Below, piece after piece: positions 25,484-40,400 of a DNA stretch of 64,000 bases (its first letter is position 1; each line of letters begins with the position of its first letter). The stretch spans positions 1,488,001 through 1,552,000 of the forward strand of contig JAYWIR010000020.1 in NCBI GenBank assembly GCA_036172245.1. The letters run 5' to 3'. The translations under genes were made by a program, and so were the position numbers. The DNA comes from Raillietiella orientalis. Taxonomy: Eukaryota. The notes beneath the pieces were generated by a model. That model was given only the letters and a program-made list of their open reading frames with translations, was not told the DNA's origin and ran no database searches.

Positions 25484-28400
25484 TACATACATACATTGCA
25501 CAAAGGACATGAATTGAATAGGTGAGCCTTGCCTATTTGCAGCTCTCTCTCGGAATTTTTGTCAGGAAATGCATGAATTGCGGAAATCGATTAAAATCTT
25601 TAGGACCTGACTCACACCTGCGCTTTCAGTGCTCTTACAGAATACAGGAAAAGAGGAACTAAGAGTGATTCCCAGCTTCAAGATTCTCGACTGAAACGGT
25701 GATTTTCACGTGGGAAAGGGATGTGATTAATAGAGGTGGCAAAAAGTTATGCGCCAATTTTGCTGATAGCCTCCATTAGACCACTAGCATCACTTATTCG
25801 GTACACTTCCTATGATGATGATTTCCTTGCGAAGTCGCTGAACACGCCAAGCCTTATCTCGTGATAATAGGATCATGAAACTCTGGATCCAGTGTACCCT
25901 TCCGCGAGCAGCTGATCTAAAAAGGTGCCTACTTCAGTAGGAAACACTAGTGTTCCCTGACAAAACATCCTACTGCCCTGGGAAAAATCGGACTTTGAAA
26001 TGCGATTTACCGGAGACACACATAACAAATGGTTTCCACCAGAGATTTTGGGAGACATCCATCATACGGATGGGTCTTTGATAAACGCCACCTGGAAATA
26101 AGTTCATCTTGACAGAACCTTCAAACCAAAACTGCGGTGCTCTTCGACTGCTGCCAACACAAGTCGAGAGCAGGACGTACACACTGCCACGCTCTTTCTG
26201 GATCCATGCATCCATTGCGTTCCAGGTTGCTGTATGAAAAATCGCGAGCCGACACGGGAAAAAACCGAAAGTATTCAGTGAACCGTTCAGAAAACAAACC
26301 CATCTCACTATTCCGAATGCTGACCGCCCCATTTTATGTACCTTCGTTCACTTTCCTACCTCGCCTATCCCGAATGAGCAAAGCTGATGAATTTCTTCTG
26401 TCGAGAGCTCAGAGATGTTTCTTCCGTGAGGAACCCACGCTTGCCTTTTCTTTCTAGTGCAAGCAAAGCGTCCTACAACTGCAGGAATGTCGACACTGCC
26501 CCCAGATGTTCAAGGATTGTACCACATTCTACATCCATTCAGTGTGGCGCGGGCCACATGAGATCCACGAAAACATTTGCTACTAACAGTGACACCTTGA
26601 AACAGCGACCACCGTTCATAAACGGACATTCACCTTTTCTCTAAAGATGGGCAAAAATGCTCTGAAACCAGAGGAATGTGGAAAGCATTTCTGCTGCCAC
26701 TTTGTCACTTCCTCTCTGCTGCTGTCAGCGTAGTGCACTCATTGATCAAGATGTACTCCTCATTATGTAATGGAGCATTTTCCATGAGCTGGTTTTATAC
26801 TGAATGCATTTGATTCGAAAGTGCATGATTATTAGCCCAATGGTAAGGAATTCATTTACATGCCTGCTCCACTCGAGGTTGGGGGGGGGGAGGGATTGGT
26901 TTGTCTCGAGAAGCGTTAATAAAGAACAGAATCTCTTCTTACAGAAGAGAAATACATTTCTTTCACTAGGAACTTTCGAGAAGCTAACTGTTCCCTCGTA
27001 TGAGTTTTTTTTTTTCTTTTCGTTGGAACCGGTCGGCAAAGTGGTCTGGTTTACACCCAATTTCTTCCGGTACATTCGGGCAAGCGTGACTAGAAAGCAA
27101 TCTGCATCAAATTTTTATTGTATCAACTATTACTTTCCACGAATGAATAATCGAAATTTCTTTTTACAGTCAAGAAACTCATCACACTGCAATTTCGACG
27201 CTGCGGCACCTCACTGCTCCGCAAATCGAAAGCAAGCGTGGCACCACTTAATCATGGGAAGCATTCTCCGAATTAAACTGAGAGGAGAGAGAGAAGCGAA
27301 CCCTTGTTTACCATGAGAAGCAATCAACTAGCTTTTCATTTCTTTTCTTTCTTTCTTTCTTTCTTTTTTTTTGCATTTTTACCTTTATTGAAGCTTAATT
27401 AAAAGCTGCGAGTGGAACGGATTCCGCATCGAGCTTCGTCAACTCCTTCACTTCCTGATCCGCAACCTTGCTCTTGCATTTCACGATTTGACTCAGAGAG
27501 AGAACGTGTGGTTCGTTAGGTGCGATAAACGCAACTATTCGTGGAAAACCCAACCCAACCCAACCCTCATCAACGATTCCAGACGCGGATTCACGCAGAG
27601 TTTCGCCCTCGCTTCCCTCCTAAGAAACGGCACAGAAACGCGGCGGGAAGTGTTCCCTTCTCATACGGTCAAACACATTAACACTGACGTGCACAACAAC
27701 ATTCCGAGCTACGAAAGATGCGTAACTCCATCATTAAGTAGTTAAGTACGTATCAAGGCCACCTTACGGATGCAAAGCCTTTCATCATTCAATTAACCTT
27801 GATGTTTTGGCATCGTTCCTGCTTTCCAGAATAGCTTCCAGTCCCCCCTTTCTTTCCATCCCGAAACTTTTGCGAACTGCGCACATTAGATTATCTGGAT
27901 CTCGTCCCCCCACAGGCGAGCTGTTTCAAATTCCCAAGAGTCTGGTGAACGCACCCTTTGATCCCCAAAAGGGTAAGCACGTGGATGCAACATGCGCCCT
28001 CGTGTGCGTGTTCGAGGAGGTTCTGAAAGCAGATCTGGCGCTTGCAAGTCTTGAATGAAATTCTCCGAACAACCTCAACCAGAAGCAGTCAACAACGAAG
28101 ATATCCCCGTTACTGAAAAATGAAAATGTTCTCGTGTAATGAACTTTTCGATAAATTTCTTCACGTTTCCTAGAAACACCGAATCTCTGCTTATTGGATG
28201 GCTCCACTTGCATCCCAGGGGAGTTGCAGGAGAGCACTTCGGGCAAGTGTGAGTAGAAGCAGGAGAGCACATCACACAAACAACGGTTTTTCCTTCCTGA
28301 ACACCTCACTTCCTTCCGACTGGCCTGAGCTTCCAAAAGTCGGTTTGCGGTCTGAACCCCGAAGTTCGCAAGCGAAATTCTTTCGGATTCTGCCTGCGAG

Positions 28401-31400
28401 AGGATGCACACGAGAAGTCTGCCGTATCTCTTCCTTTTCCGCAGACCGTGCCTTTGCGAGGATCACTGTAGCATCTCCATTCACTGAAACCTTCCCAGTT
28501 ATGTGGACCCATATACGCTCCCTCTACGTGTGTGATGACGAACACATTGTCGGATCAGCGTTTTTCCAGGCATCCCTCCACTGAGGGACCTTCACGTCCT
28601 TGTTATCCTTCGCATCATCCTCATGTACGGGGAGAAAACGTTCCCACCGTAGGTTGACAACGCGCGTGAAGATGCTCTTGCGAGCTCCTTTCTGTGAGAA
28701 CGGGCGATGAAAAGGGGAAATAGCCCTTTCCTGTATACGTTTCCCTCAACATACTTCCGCGACCCATTTCAACAAACCGCGCGGTGCGCTACTTGGCCCA
28801 GCATGCCAATCCGGGAATTCTGAGAAGTTACCATCGATTACGCAGAACTGCCCCTTCACTAGAAACCCGACGGTCATACTGCGCTCACGAAACATGACAT
28901 GGTTTCTGGTCCATTTCATCGACGCGAATCCCACTTGCAAGGACAATCCCTCTTCCTCTTCGTATGACCTTGTCATAGGAAGAATCCCGCCTTCCAGGCT
29001 TCGCAGACAATCTGGTTATCAGGAGCCTTCTTGCCTTGCCCTTCTCCTATTGATTCCACTTCTGTTCACTCCACTGCAGACTAATCCTGCCGTCTACGAT
29101 GATGCCTGCTCTTCAAGTGCACTCTTATCACCTTCATCGATTTCTTTCGACTTTCTCCACTCAGATTTGTGTAGTTTTTTCTTTTTTTCTTCTTCTTCGC
29201 GGAAACAGGGAGGTATCCGGCGAGAGAAAGCGTCCTCGAGGAATGCTACGCAGAGGATGACGTAACATCACCCACATGTGTTGATGGAATCACATGTAAA
29301 CAAATTCGCGCAGTGAGTACCACAAGTTGACGATGCCAAAACAAAATCTGAAAGTGAAGGCACATTTTTGGAACGTTAGAAACACCAATATGTCATCCGT
29401 GAGCACATAAAAAACGCCTTTTCTACAGACAGTGAGCGCATGCTCACGGACCCAGCAAAAAACTCATCACACAATCTTGCTGCCAAAGTTTAGGGTCTGC
29501 AGTCTGCTGGCGTCTATCAGCCGATAGGTGTTCTGAGGCTTCAGTATGCTCAAGGGCGTTCACAGACAGAATGGTTGGTTTCCAGACCAAATATTATGCA
29601 ATTCACAGAGCCTTACTTTCTGGAATATCTTTTAAAAATTGGCAAAGGTTTCCTTGCATTTTCTTTTATCTCGAATTTCCTTCGAGCTTTTTGTAGCCGT
29701 CTTTTTCAGAATGTCTCGAACGCTTTTTTTTTTTTTTTGTGTGTGTGTGCTCCCTGCAAGCACACGAAATGTCAGCATGCTGGGTCGATGAAAGCATTCG
29801 GCAGTTTCCCGAATGAGGAATGATGCAAGAGAACTGTGAGGCCGAGACGTCTTTTGCGAAATACCAGATGCACCTTCAAAACCGAAGCGCCTTTCTAACA
29901 CTTTGCTTCTCTGACATTCTTTCCGATGGACCAGCTGTTTCACTGGATCGATGTGTGGGTGTGCGATGCGACCCGATTTCCAAAGGGAGTTTGAGGGCAA
30001 AAGTCGCAGTGCTGCTGACGCCCTAGAGAAGTCTTCTAGAAGGCTTCTTCCGGTCTGTTCTGGCGAGTTGCACCATGTGAGAATGGGCATGGGATGCAAC
30101 AGGGAGCAAAAAGATGACCAACTTTCTCCTGAGCTTCCATCCGTCATTTCTGCCGCCACATCCGCACATAATGTTTCGATGTCGATAAACTAAAGCTGCT
30201 GTGCAATTACCAGCGCGCCAGTGACGCGATCGAGATGAGCTTTCGCTTTAGTCACCATGCCGGTCTGTGCGACGAAATGATGCAAAACCAAGAGAACCTT
30301 CTTACATCTGAGTCACAGGCGCCAGTGAAGTCGCATCTCAAGAACTGAACGTCATCAGCGCAATCAAGCAGTTTAGCGAGTAACTAAAATCTTCAAATCT
30401 TAGCAGCGTTCCCTCCCTTAGCGATTTTCTGTATGTCAAGGATATGTGGTGTTCGGTGAGGTGTGGATCTGGCAGCAACAATCTCAGAATTGATACACTT
30501 TTGCGATCCGTGCTCTGAGCTGCTGAAACAGCCCGTACTGTTGACCGGATGGACGAAAGCTTTTACGCAAAAAGCATCTTTCTAGCAAGAAGTGACGGAA
30601 ACTGAAATGCACTCCCGTTTCCATGATTACGTTCTTATTTGGCTCGCACTTCCCTCCTCGATTGGCTCGCTGCAAGAAAGGAAGAGATGGCAGCAGTCAC
30701 TGAATAGTCGCAGAAACGTGAAAGAGATGCATTGTGTTCAAATGACGGAGAAGTGTGCACCAGCTCCAACTCCCCCGTCTGATTTTTTAGGCAAGAGCCA
30801 ACTGCATCAGGGAACAATTCCGTTTGAGTTCGGAAAGGGTCCGTGACCCCGGTTCGTTATCGCAAGTCGATGCGTGTTCATCTCGTTTGACAGAAAACAT
30901 CACGGCAGCTCACTTAGAATATGCATCCCACGGCGCAAATCTGCGCTGTGGGATACAGACCCAAGAATGTGCTCATCCACTGTTGTGGCAGGACTGGTTC
31001 CATCTTCGAACAATGGGTGACCTTTCACTGCACACGGAAACTCGGCGTGGATGGGATTTCTTGGCAGGCAATCAAATGGGGGGAGGGGGGAGAAGCTTAA
31101 AGGAAACTTTCCCGTTGGGGGACAGGTTCTGCTGTGTTACTGAACACAGCGGTCTCCAGTCACTCGGAGCGCGTTCGACTCCCACCATCTCCGCTTCGGA
31201 TGCTGAATGCCTGCTCCGAGACACGCCAAGAGGGCGTCCTCGGCAAAGGTAATTGAATTCGGGAGAGTCGCCTCGCGGAGCCGGGAACACTTCGGAAAAC
31301 GCCCTGTGCTCTGCCAACAAGACTGAAAGCCGAGGACGAAGCAGGGCTCCATCCCAACGAACGCGCGAAGGAACTTTAGCCCGCGTCAAGCAAAATGCGC

Positions 31401-34400
31401 TCGTAACAGCGGGTGCCAACGTTGACTGCCATTCTCCAGCCAGAACCAAGGAAAACTGTAGCGCGGAGTCGCACCTGGCCTAATGAAGCGCGAAGCGTGT
31501 TGTGACAACTCCGGAGATACACACTCATGAGCAGATCTCGTGGCAACCACAGAAGACCTCACCTGTGATGTCAAGAACGCTGCAGTTTTCGTAAGAGTCC
31601 CATTTCAGCACAGGATCGTCGATGTCAATCGCCGGAACAGAGATGCGGTCGTTAACGAGGGATGAAAAATGAAAGGAAACCTGACCATCCAATGGGAATC
31701 GGATGCCTGGAAGCAGAGGATTAATGATTCGACTGGTGCTGATGGTGCGAATACGCGGGGGACGAGGAGGGAGTACTTTCCGGCACACTAGGTGGATCTC
31801 ACGGGACGTAGGGAGCTCACTCGAATTTCCCTTGTCCCCGACGTGAGAAAGAGAAAGTGGGATGCGGAAATCCTGGATGCTGGCAAGCCTGTTCCCGGGA
31901 ATTCGGGAAACAGCGTTCGCGTCGAACTGACAGAAAAATGGACCGCCCCTGTCAAAGAATGCTGAGGATTTCTCACGCCCTTCGCCTTCCGATGGCTTCA
32001 GGCCACACTGGTTCGACCACAGCCCGCGTGCGAGCTGTGCGTTTTGCCCGGTGCTTGGGTTCGGTAGGTTCCGTTGCTGCCCGGACTCTCCGAAACGGCC
32101 CGCATCCTTCGCCCAGAGGCTTCGATGCGAGCGCCTCCTCAATCTTTGAGCCTTCCGAGCTCTCTCTCTCTCTCTGCCTTTCCCTTTCGTCTTTCTCTCG
32201 TCACCGCTTCGGTCGCGGGAAGCAGCGGCGAGGACGCGCCGCCGCCGCTCCAGGGAACGAGCCGCTGCGCAAGCGCGGGCACATGCTGTCCGGAGCAGCC
32301 GGCAAAAAGAGTTCCCAGATCGAACTTTTCCCGAAGACACTCGTCCTCGGTCGGCGGTCCGCCCGGCAGCCAGTTTCCCCCTAATGAGCTCTCGGATTTC
32401 AGTTCGCTCCTGCCGGTTCTTGGATCCGTGAGGCCTCGGGTTGCCTTGACTTCTCCCTCAACCGAGGGGAGAGGCCTTGCGAGACGTCGCCAAGTGAACT
32501 AGTCGCTTCTTCGGATGCCGCCGGCTGCAGGGGTCGTCTTTCACGAGTGGGATGACCCGAAATCCGACTTCCACCTCCGAGTCAGACGAGTGCGAAATGG
32601 GGGGAAAAATGCGAAATGAGGGGAGAGGGGGGCGGAAACGACGCTGGATGGGTCACCCCTCACTTTCCGACTGCAAATCCCCCCCTGTCGCTCGAGTTCG
32701 CGTTGGGAATCAAGAAGCGAGGAGATGGAGAGTTCCATCTTGCGGAAAACCGCAGAAGGAAACCAGGAGCGAAAAGAACGCGCGTTGTTAGGGAGCTCTT
32801 TGCTGTTAGCGGCGCTCTGGGCATCCCTTCCGGATGGTCCGTGCAGCCTGTGGCAAGAGTGCTTCTCTCGAAGCAACCATTCCTTTCCGAAAACGCTTCC
32901 GTGCTCCTCTTCCTTGGAGAGGACAAGACGCAATAAGCATCATCCCTCCTCTGCCGGACCTCGGGAGGGCTGTGAGCCCCGGGAGAAAGACGACTGGGGG
33001 AACAAGGGTAGAAAGTGATGACATCGCAGACGGCATCCAACATGAGCTCGGACACGCCACAAGGGAAGGAAGGTTCAAAAGAGGAAAAAGGCAGTTGCCA
33101 CGTACCCGAGAAGACATCATCCAGCTCGGATAGGGTCAGGGTCATCACCCCTTCCGACAGGGCGCACGTGTGGAACTGGCACTTGAATATCAGCTCCCGC
33201 GAAGAGGCACATGGGTTCCTGTGGTAGCACTTCACCAGGGTGTCGCCTTTGATCTGCAGCCCAGGTCCGATCTGGATGGAGAACTGCTTGTCATCCACCT
33301 GGACGCTGTGGACTCTGGAAGTGAACACGGGCACGAGACCCTGGTACACTTTCAGGAACGCGTTGCATCCTCCGTTGGCATCGAAGCTCGGCACGCCCTT
33401 GACGAAGACCTGCTCCAGGTACAGCGGCTTGGAGTTGCTCTTCAGAGCTCCCGATAGCAGCCCGCTGAAGTAGCCGATGTACCTGATAAGAGGGAGAAGA
33501 GCAAAGGGCAGGGTTCTCTTTCTCCAGACGGGGGGGAAGGAAGCTGCAGGGCGCCCGAACCTGGAGTTGGAGGGCTGCTTGATGGCTCCCACTTTGTCGT
33601 CGAAGAACTTTCGCATCGCGAACCGGTCCAGAGGCTGATCGCGGACGTCGCATATCCTGCAGTAGTTCAGGTACGCTTCGATAATAACCCCGATGCGTTC
33701 CATGCTTCCCCTAGGTACACGCCGCCGTCACCGAGGGAGGTCTTGCATTCTCGCCAGCGTCGCTACTAACCGGGCGAACAGGACGCAGACGACCCCGGAA
33801 CCGGGGGAGGAGTATACGTCAAGGAGCTTGCAGATGGTGGCGAGCTTCTCCAAGGTGGGGGCCAGGTCATCGGGCCACCCCACGCTCTTCACGTTTGGGT
33901 TGCACCGGGAGAGTTCGGCGTCCCGTTCCGAAAGGTTCAGTACCTGGAAACGAGGGAGGAAGGGTGTTTATATGCCTCGGGCAAGCCGCGCCGACAGCGA
34001 GGGGAAACGCGGGTCGTCGATGTTGGTGGGGGTATCAAGCGCTCCTCCGTCCAAGGCCGCAGCCGCCCTCCCTCTTGGAGGTACGGCCTTGGACGGCAGT
34101 CCCTGTTCCCACGAGCTGCTCTTCGTTGTTGCGAAGAGTGGTTCTTGGATGAAGGAACGCAGGGAGACTCCAGGCTTTTCCTAGAAGGAGGAGGGGGAGG
34201 AGGTGCGGCTCCAGATCCGACCGACTGCCTTCCAACGCCCGTTTCTCGTTTCTCCACCCCGTGGCGTTCCAGCTGGTGGGATTTCGGGACGCTGACGGAC
34301 GGGTTCCCCTAACCGCGCCGCACCACGTGTGCGCGCTCACATCCGCCTTTCCCTGCGTACGACCGGAACCCACGCACAGGGTGGCTGGCAGTGGGAGAGT

Positions 34401-37400
34401 GGTCTTTGCCTCCCCAATTCCGCTTCACCCAGGGTTTGGGTGCTCTCGAAGCACCATCGGTGCCTCTGTGGACGGAATGCTCAGCACGAGATCGGGTGGC
34501 GCCCCCATCCGTGAGCAGGGGAGGGGAAGGGGGGATACTTTGTGCTTCCAGTATTTTCCTTTTTAGTCAGTCTGGATGTTACTCCGACGGGGAGCACGCC
34601 AGATCTCTCTTTGTATCCCCGTTCTCCTTGCTGGGAACGACAAAGCATGCACTTCGCCGCAGGAATCCTTTCTCCTACTGTTGCTGCGAAGCTTCTATTT
34701 TTTGCAGGCCCTACGATCGTGAGGGTCGAATTCGGTACCAGAAGCGAGCTGGCTTTGCACGAAGCCCAGAGCACCACCTGTTGCTCCACAAGTGTGGTCC
34801 CCTGCTCGAAAGGGTGCGCACGGAACAGTTACCCGTTCCAAAAGGACAATCGATGGACTGACAGGAAGAAAATCAAGCACGTAGGGTAGGGAGGTTGTGG
34901 CGGGAGAAGCGGGAACTTTGGTGCTCGCGACTTCCTCGGCTGTTCCGAACGAACGAGAATACCCACGTTTACACCCAGGTTCCCTGCAAAGCCGGCCAGC
35001 CCCAGGCGCGGAACTACCTGAACAGCTAGCCTTCCTCCTGACTGTCAAGAGAGAGGCGGCGCTGTTCCTCGCTCCGTGGTCAGCAAGGGCATTATGGCTT
35101 TGGGATGCACCAGAGTAAGGTTGCTGGGAGACGGTCCTACTACGCAGCCTTTGGTCAAAAAGAAACAACCATGGCGATGAAAACCCCGCACGCTTCCCTA
35201 TGCACAAGAGGAAGAACGTTCCTCTGCCAAGAGTGGTGTTTGTGCTTCTTGCACAACGGCGGTAGTGGCGGGACGGCTTTGTCTCCGCCAGAAAAGAAGT
35301 CGCAAACCGGCAAGCGCAGCTGAAAGCACTGCTTAGTCAACGACCAAGGTAGAGCGCGCGCAAGAGGATGAATACCTAAGAGATGATCTGTTTCGGATAT
35401 AGTGAGAGCGGAGACCCAAGAACTCCAAACGGGTTTCTGTGCCCGCGAAGGCGGAAATACAGTGAAGACCCGAAGAAAAGATCCACAGTGAACATGAAAA
35501 ACACATCGAGGCAGCTGAGAGGCGTCAAAGCACACGGTCATCTGAATAACATGCTGACGAAACCGAAAGTCGAGGAAATAAATGCACCTTTGATGTGCTC
35601 CTTAGGTGACAGTTGCGGATCCCACAAAATCGCGGAATCGCGGATGTTGATCCAGAGACATCACGAGAAACAAACCGGAAAGAAGAACCCCAGGTCATTT
35701 CAAGGATTGCTGCATCGATGATGAAGCGATCAGTCCCTTGATTCAGAGGGTGCAGAACGGAGCCAACCTAAGGTTGAACTCCTCTCATCTCTTTCATTTT
35801 CTGAAACGGTGATACTGCAGGAAAGCAATCGATCGCTCTCTCGCCTGCATGCACCACAGATCTCCCACAGCGCATGCAAGAAGCAGCTCACAAAAATCCA
35901 AGGGGCGCGGGATGTTTGCTGCTCACTTGAATTTGCTAATAAAAGAGCAAGGAGTGGTCATTAGCGGATGCCAGGCGAAGATGGCACAGAGGCAGGGAAG
36001 TCCAAACAAGAAAATTCATATCGTGTCGAACCTCGGGAGATTCTAAAGTACCGCCTTGCTTTTCTGGAACATCATCCAGGAAAACAAGAAGTCATTGCGA
36101 AATGGCCACGAAAAGCCAGCAACAGAGGAAAAGTCAAAAGTGCGTTTGAAAGGGACCCCTGCTTTTCCTTCAAGAGCAGTTGTTGTTGCTCCAGGCGTCT
36201 ACTGGGACTGGGAAAATTTTCCTCTCGGTTCCCAGAGTCTTCCGATCGCTTCTGATTGCAGGTGACACTCTCTACAGTCACAAATGGGGATTCACCTCGA
36301 GTGTAGCGGCAGCCTTAATCGCTGCAGAGTCCCCCTGATGAAAACCGCTGCCCAGGACGCTCGTTCGCTCAAAGTTTTGACGAGAGCAAATCGAATTGAG
36401 TCAAATGACTACAAAGCGATCTGCTCCGATCTTTCTTCCAGGCTCCGGCAGCGAGCGGCTGTCGGCGAAGCGCTCTTCTTCAAGTGCGCCTCCGTCTCGA
36501 GGTAAGAAACTTCCTGCGCACCGATTTTTAGCTCCATGGAGTCTCAGCTTCCGTCTACTTGGATCACGGTTTCTTCAGACAGGCAGCAGAATCTTTGAGT
36601 TCACTTTCCACCTGCCTCGCTCTTCTATCAGCTTCCCATTCGATGTTTTACGAGTGATTCCTCAAGGAAGAAGGTTTCCAATATGCACATTCCACCTCTC
36701 TAGAGGTTTCGTTAACAGCGCGCACCATGCAGGATGCCTCGAGCTGTGGTGGTATGCCATTCTTGCAGTCTTGAGGGAAGGCAGAACTTTTTAATTGGGT
36801 CGAATCACCTCCATCCGTGCTGCTCTGGAATATCTAAACGAGCGGAATACATGAAAGAAACAGGCTCTAGCGTGCTGCCTCCGTGGCTTTTGACCCGCGG
36901 TAAGTCACGACGGTTACCGCAACATCGAGACACCTTGGTAACCAGCCACTACTGTGCGTTCCAAACGGAATCCTGCACGGTTGGAGAATCAAGAGGTTAG
37001 CAGTTGGTGATTTCCTTTCGAGCACAGATACGCTAATGACGTACTTGCCGGGTTCCACGAAAGCAGAGATCAATCAATGGTACTGCAGAAAGGTGAGAGG
37101 GGGAAGGAATGGCTTCAAATGGGATTCTCAGGGGAAACAAACGCATCCTAGTGCAGAATGAGTAGAGGAATAGCGGGAAAAGCACGATCCAGCTTCCGAA
37201 AGGGTAGCTCAATTTCAAGATGGCTCTGGGTATTTACGTGGTCCGATTCGAGTGGACCGCTTGTCGCCTGCCAATTGTCCTCCACCTTCATGTACGCCTT
37301 TCTTTTTCTTATGCTGCTTTTCGATTCACCACATTAATTCGCGAAGCCAGCTGGACGCACCGGAGGCATCTTGCCCTCAGGCCATCCCAACGTTGCCAGA

Positions 37401-40400
37401 TGGACTGGAAGAGGCTTATGCAGATTCCTAAGGATTCCTGTATTTCTGTGAAGCCTGAATATCCCCCTCATAGCTGTTGTCTTCCAGAGACCGGAAGGCC
37501 CAAGGGATGCGCGTTCTTTCTCGATCTGTTGGCTTCCGAACGAACTCGCTCGAACAGCAGCCCACGAGATGGACCTGTTGCGCCTCACGTCAAAGCACTG
37601 TGACGTCAGCAGGAGACGTTTCACGCGAATCGGATAGGAAGGCTTTCCTTGCGCCTGCGCATGGATCCTATGAACCTGTGGCTAAGTTGCTGTCCAATTT
37701 CTCAGATCTCCCGGCAGGTCGCAGATAACGAAACCAAAACTGCCTACCGGGACTGCGTAGATCGCATCCGCAGATTTATGCAGTGTTGAACACCTGCTGT
37801 TGAGCAGTAGGAATCTTGAACAGCTCTGCTTTCAAACGCCGCAGAGTTTACCAATAGTTTAATAAGAAAGCAGAATGAAAAAGAGAAAAAAGGGGGCGGG
37901 AGAGGGGGGATGCTCGCAGCGACATTACAGAAGCAACTGATTCAATTTGACTCAGAGTGGGATGATTGCTCACCATGTAATCCTTCCCATGTTTCGATTG
38001 CAGCATATGTGCCATCTTCTTCAATTTGTCAGAGTATTCATCACCAGAGACGCCATCAGGGAAAAACACACTGATCATTTTCTCTGTGACGTAATAAAGA
38101 TCCATTTCAAGTGGCCTTCGCTCTGCCTTCTCCTTATAGAACGTTCGAGATGGCGAAACAGGAGTGGATCTCTGGAAGAGGAAGAAAGGGAAACCCCGCA
38201 TGAAGAAGTGAAGACACGGAGGTGCGTTAATCGGCATCTCCCTGTGGAGGGCATCGGGCAAGTCCAGAAAATCCGAGACCGTACGAGCGCGCCAAGCACA
38301 TCTGAAGGGCTCCTTTTTCTTTTTTTTTTTTAAAATATGATCACTGGGTGACATGAGATGACTGCAGCCATGACAGTCGAGCGGCTCTCACATATGGCAT
38401 GCTTTTGATGAGTGATCTTTCAGCAACCCCGCAACAACGAATTACTTTTATTCAGGATGAAAAAGGGTTTCTTATAAGAAAAGGGTGCTTAACAACGCAT
38501 CTCAAGAATGTAACAGTGTGTGTGTGTGTGTTTTTTTTCATTTAAAAAATTCACCGCAGCCCTTTACAAAAAGATAGAGGAACTGTTACTCACCGACTTT
38601 TGGATAGCCGGAACTTCTTTAAAGTATTGCTGCTGTTGCTAAAAAAGAGAAAAACATACACACATATTCGTGGTCACTGTTGTATCAGAAGCATCACAGA
38701 TTTATGGACACTCCATTCAAACACTTGAGCAAACAATGGCCGCTCTGTGCTTCTCATGAGAATTGCATCCTGCTACGGATTCTCATCTGAAAGCACAGAT
38801 CTCATGCGTGCAAAGAGGTCAGTCTCGAGGTGACTGTCCGAAGTAAAGAGAGACCCTGGATCCTGAGCTTGTGGAGCCACTGCCAACAAAGAGAACGTCC
38901 AAACGTCCACGTGGCGACCCATGCGAGCACGATGACGCGTGCTTCGAAGATCGAAATGACCGGAGACTCCGCGAAACTTGGGTTTCGATGGATAATTCCC
39001 CAAAAATGAACGTCTTCCGAACCTGTCAAAAACTGCTGCGTCATGAACAAACGCCGACACACCACTCCGGAGCTCTTTTTCGAGCTCTTGGAAGTCAAGT
39101 CGAATCTCCCATTATCCCTTGGCAGGAAGGAACTGCACCCAACCGCACGGGTCAAATGCGTTGATTCGCAAGAAGCGACGAGCGTTTCCCACCCGAGATC
39201 TCCAGAACTTCCTCTTCACGAACCGTCCCTTCCGATGCCACGTCTTGCTGCTGTTCGTTTGCACACTCTTCTTGTGCTTCCGAATTTTCAATTTCATCCG
39301 CAATCGAGAGCTCATGGAGAAGGAGAAGAAGGGGGGGGAGGAAAACCTCCAGGGCAATCATAAATAGGAGGCGCCAAACAGAAACCTAGGCAGGCACCAA
39401 AAATAATGGACGCCTCTGGAGACGTGATTAAGACTGACGTTTTCGAAAAGCCACAGCCTGTTCTTTCCGAGTGCTCCCAAAGGCAGATTTCCTAAGTCAC
39501 TTCGGAGCTCCTTGCGGAGTCAAACCAGAGAACAGTGAAAGAGCAAAAGAATGCTGCTCTCTTCATCTGCTTTCAAAAGGCAAGGTTCCGCATTCTGAAA
39601 CGAAAGCAAACGTTCCACCACATCTCCTCTCCCTAGTAGCAATGGAGAAAACAACCTCCTCTGCAACCGGTAGCAGAAACGGGCGAACAGGAGATGGGAA
39701 AGGCACAAAACGAGAAAGGAAAACGCTACGCCTTCGTAGCCTCGAATTCCCGGGGTTGCCTTCTGAGAATCGAAAAGTCACCTGTAACAACACAAAGAGG
39801 GGTCTTTGCCTTCTGCGCTTTTCCCCATTAATCCCGGAGCCTCCAGACTCACAGGAAGAATTCCACGCGAATTCCAAGGCGAAGATACACGTGAAACGAT
39901 CCGAAAGTATCCCCCGAGCAACCGTCACTCAATTGCTTACTATTATGGAATGAGTTCCCGGCGATTCAATCAACTGAATGTCTGTCATGGAAACGAATCG
40001 ATCGCCAGTCACCATTAACTGATGCTGTCAAATGCCGTATCATTGAACGGATAAAAAAAATGCTGCAACTGCTACGCGCACGGTCGTCACAATCGCAGGC
40101 GGCTGAAGCGCTTGGGATGATGGTACGGAGCAGTTCAGGAGAAGCACCACGCGAAAACAAATAATCGCAGGAGACTGCTGAGACCGGAGGGGACCTCGAT
40201 GCGCTGCCTTCTTCGAGAGGAGTGACGTATTCTTCTGATAGGGAAAAAATTTCCCTGGGCTTTTGGTACGCAGCACCTCAGGGTTAAAGACAAGTCCCTC
40301 GCAACTGCGGTGAACGTATCTTCACTTAGCCGTTCTAATGAGCAGCCTCGGGAGGATGGAACAACAAGGGAGCTCGATAAACAACATGCATCACTGCGGA

